From: Desulfobulbus propionicus DSM 2032
GTDB taxonomy: Bacteria > Desulfobacterota > Desulfobulbia > Desulfobulbales > Desulfobulbaceae
Reading direction: 5' to 3'
DNA length: 32,000 nt
Assembly (NCBI RefSeq): GCF_000186885.1
Contig: NC_014972.1
Coordinates: 3,720,001 to 3,752,000, forward strand
Part shown: positions 30,592 to 32,000 of the stretch, piece by piece
How the letters are laid out: every line of letters starts with the position of its first letter
How positions within the stretch are numbered: position 1 is the first letter of the stretch
Notes under the pieces: model-generated
What the model was told of the DNA's origin: nothing
Databases searched by the model: none
Seen by the model: the letters and a program-made list of their open reading frames with translations, nothing else
Made by a program: the position numbers and the translations under genes

Positions 30592-32000
30592 TCAAAACGG
30601 TAGCGGCACCAGCTCGATCAGCACGTTGCCGGTCGAGGCCAACCGATTATGTCTCACCGTGCTGGCAAGCACATCATTGCTGGTGTAATTCTCAAGCAGA
30701 TTGCCCGTGAAGGTGGCCCGGTCGCCGATGACCGATCCCATCCAGTCGGCATCCAAGGCGGCGCGAAACCAGGTATTGCCCTGACCGATAAAGACGGCCG
30801 CCACCACCGTGGTGCCATACCCGCTAAAGCTGTTGCCGGTCAGCATCAGCCGGGCGTAACCGTTCACCCGCTGGTTGAGCACCCGGTTGGTGCCCACCGA
30901 GCCTGGCGGCAGATTGGCCTTGATCGCCGTGATCCGGTTGTGGTCGATGTGCAGGTCCTCGCCGCCGCTGAGGACCGCGTTGCCCTCCAGGGAGAAGTTG
31001 ACCACCCCCGCGTCGGGGTTGCGGTAGCCGGACACGCCGTTGGCGAGCAGCAGCCAGCCGTCGATCTCGCTCCCGGCCAGCACGCCGCCAACCTTGGCGC
31101 TTTCCAGGCGCAGGGCATAGTCGGGCTCGTAGCTGATCCAGTTGGCGACCAGATCCTCAATGGCCGCCACCGCCTCGTTGACGGTGATGCTATCGGCGGC
31201 CAGGACCTCGGACATGGTGGCGGTCGTCGGCTTGGGCGCCCGCATGGCTACCGCCTTGGGTGAGGCCACCTGCTCGAGCTTGGTCCGCCAGGTGGTGCGG
31301 ATATCCTTGGGCAGGACGATGATCTGCTTCGCTACCTTGACCAGGGCCTCGTCAAAGGCGACCTTGTTGTCCAGCAGTTCCTCCTTGCTCAGACCAAGCA
31401 GGGCCTCGCTGATGACGTTGTTGCCCACCACCTCGACCCCGACCCACTCATTCCCACTTGACGAGACAACCTTCCGCTGAGCATAGAGCTGATTATTTTG
31501 CCAATCGAGACGGCAGACCGTGTTGCCCCGACCGCCGAGACTGATCATCGCCGGGCCGTTCGCCGTGGTGCTGGTGCGGGCGATACGGCAACCGGTGGTG
31601 CGGGAGAGGGCGGCCCGGATCGCCAACTGCCCGGCACGTTTGGCGAAGTCGAGCGTCAGGTTCTCCAGGATCACCTCATCGGCCTCGATACGCCAGGTGT
31701 CGCCGCCAAACAGAATGGTCACCGATTCAGGTCCCTGACCGCTGATCCGCAGGCTGCGCTTATCGGTGATCGCCGGCAGATCGCCCAACGCGTAGACGCC
31801 GCCCCGAAGGCAGAGCCACAGATCACTGGCGGTGGATTGGGCAAATTCCTCCAGCAGCACCGCCAGATGACCGGGGGAGGTCACCATGACCGCGCAGCCG
31901 CCGGCCGCCTTGTCGCACAACACCTTGAGCGCATCCTGGACCGTGACCACCGATTCGGGCAGCAGATCGCTGCACAGGCCGATGTCGCCCTTGTCGAGCG
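30592..32000 (-). CDS. Right-handed parallel beta-helix repeat-like protein (N-terminus beyond window edge)
   Basis: Frame remains open upstream of the track GTG start at 31950 to the window edge (...LDKGDIGLCSDLLPESVVTVQDALKVLCD); repeating short beta-rich units such as LWLCLRGGVYALG, SLRISGQGPESVTILFGGDTWRIEADEVILENLTLDF, NQRVNGYARLMLTGNSFSGYG, DRATFTGNLLENY. Confidence 0.65.
   Translation of the reverse strand, partial: LDKGDIGLCSDLLPESVVTVQDALKVLCDKAAGGCAVMVTSPGHLAVLLEEFAQSTASDLWLCLRGGVYALGDLPAITDKRSLRISGQGPESVTILFGGDTWRIEADEVILENLTLDFAKRAGQLAIRAALSRTTGCRIARTSTTANGPAMISLGGRGNTVCRLDWQNNQLYAQRKVVSSSGNEWVGVEVVGNNVISEALLGLSKEELLDNKVAFDEALVKVAKQIIVLPKDIRTTWRTKLEQVASPKAVAMRAPKPTTATMSEVLAADSITVNEAVAAIEDLVANWISYEPDYALRLESAKVGGVLAGSEIDGWLLLANGVSGYRNPDAGVVNFSLEGNAVLSGGEDLHIDHNRITAIKANLPPGSVGTNRVLNQRVNGYARLMLTGNSFSGYGTTVVAAVFIGQGNTWFRAALDADWMGSVIGDRATFTGNLLENYTSNDVLASTVRHNRLASTGNVLIELVPLPF

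Noticed and set aside
29560-30603. 347-aa plus-strand ORF opposite the metallopeptidase-like gene
   Set aside because: Shadow ORF; minus frame contains HELAH and HEVGH motifs with a strong RBS.

Overview
The window is GC-rich and densely coding. The first ~25.2 kb is conserved housekeeping content whose gene repertoire suggests an anaerobic deltaproteobacterial/Desulfobulbus-like genome (inference only). In order: 5'-truncated mnmA, then mtaB, cinA, recA, a minus-strand homocysteine/sulfide-assimilation triad (UPF0280, NIL/4Fe-4S ferredoxin, DUF39), acnA, a B12-binding radical SAM protein, a MATE transporter, metF, a J-domain protein, plsY, a cysteine-cluster protein, def, fmt, larC, pgpA, GTP-type pckG, pyk, a hotdog thioesterase and radA. 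Convergent with radA, the last ~6.8 kb is a minus-strand accessory operon that runs off the right edge. It encodes a beta-helix-like protein (truncated), a 388-aa protein with an N-terminal DUF4157 ('eCIS core') module and a second zincin motif (HEVGHMMGLDDKY), and a 1374-aa protein with DUF4157, a very long Trp/Gly/Ala-rich amphipathic region, a DNA/RNA non-specific endonuclease-like motif and a C-terminal helix-hairpin-helix. This is the most interesting part: plausibly a cargo/effector module of a contractile-injection (phage-tail-like) system whose structural genes, if present, lie outside the window. Large opposite-strand ORFs are interpreted as high-GC shadow ORFs.
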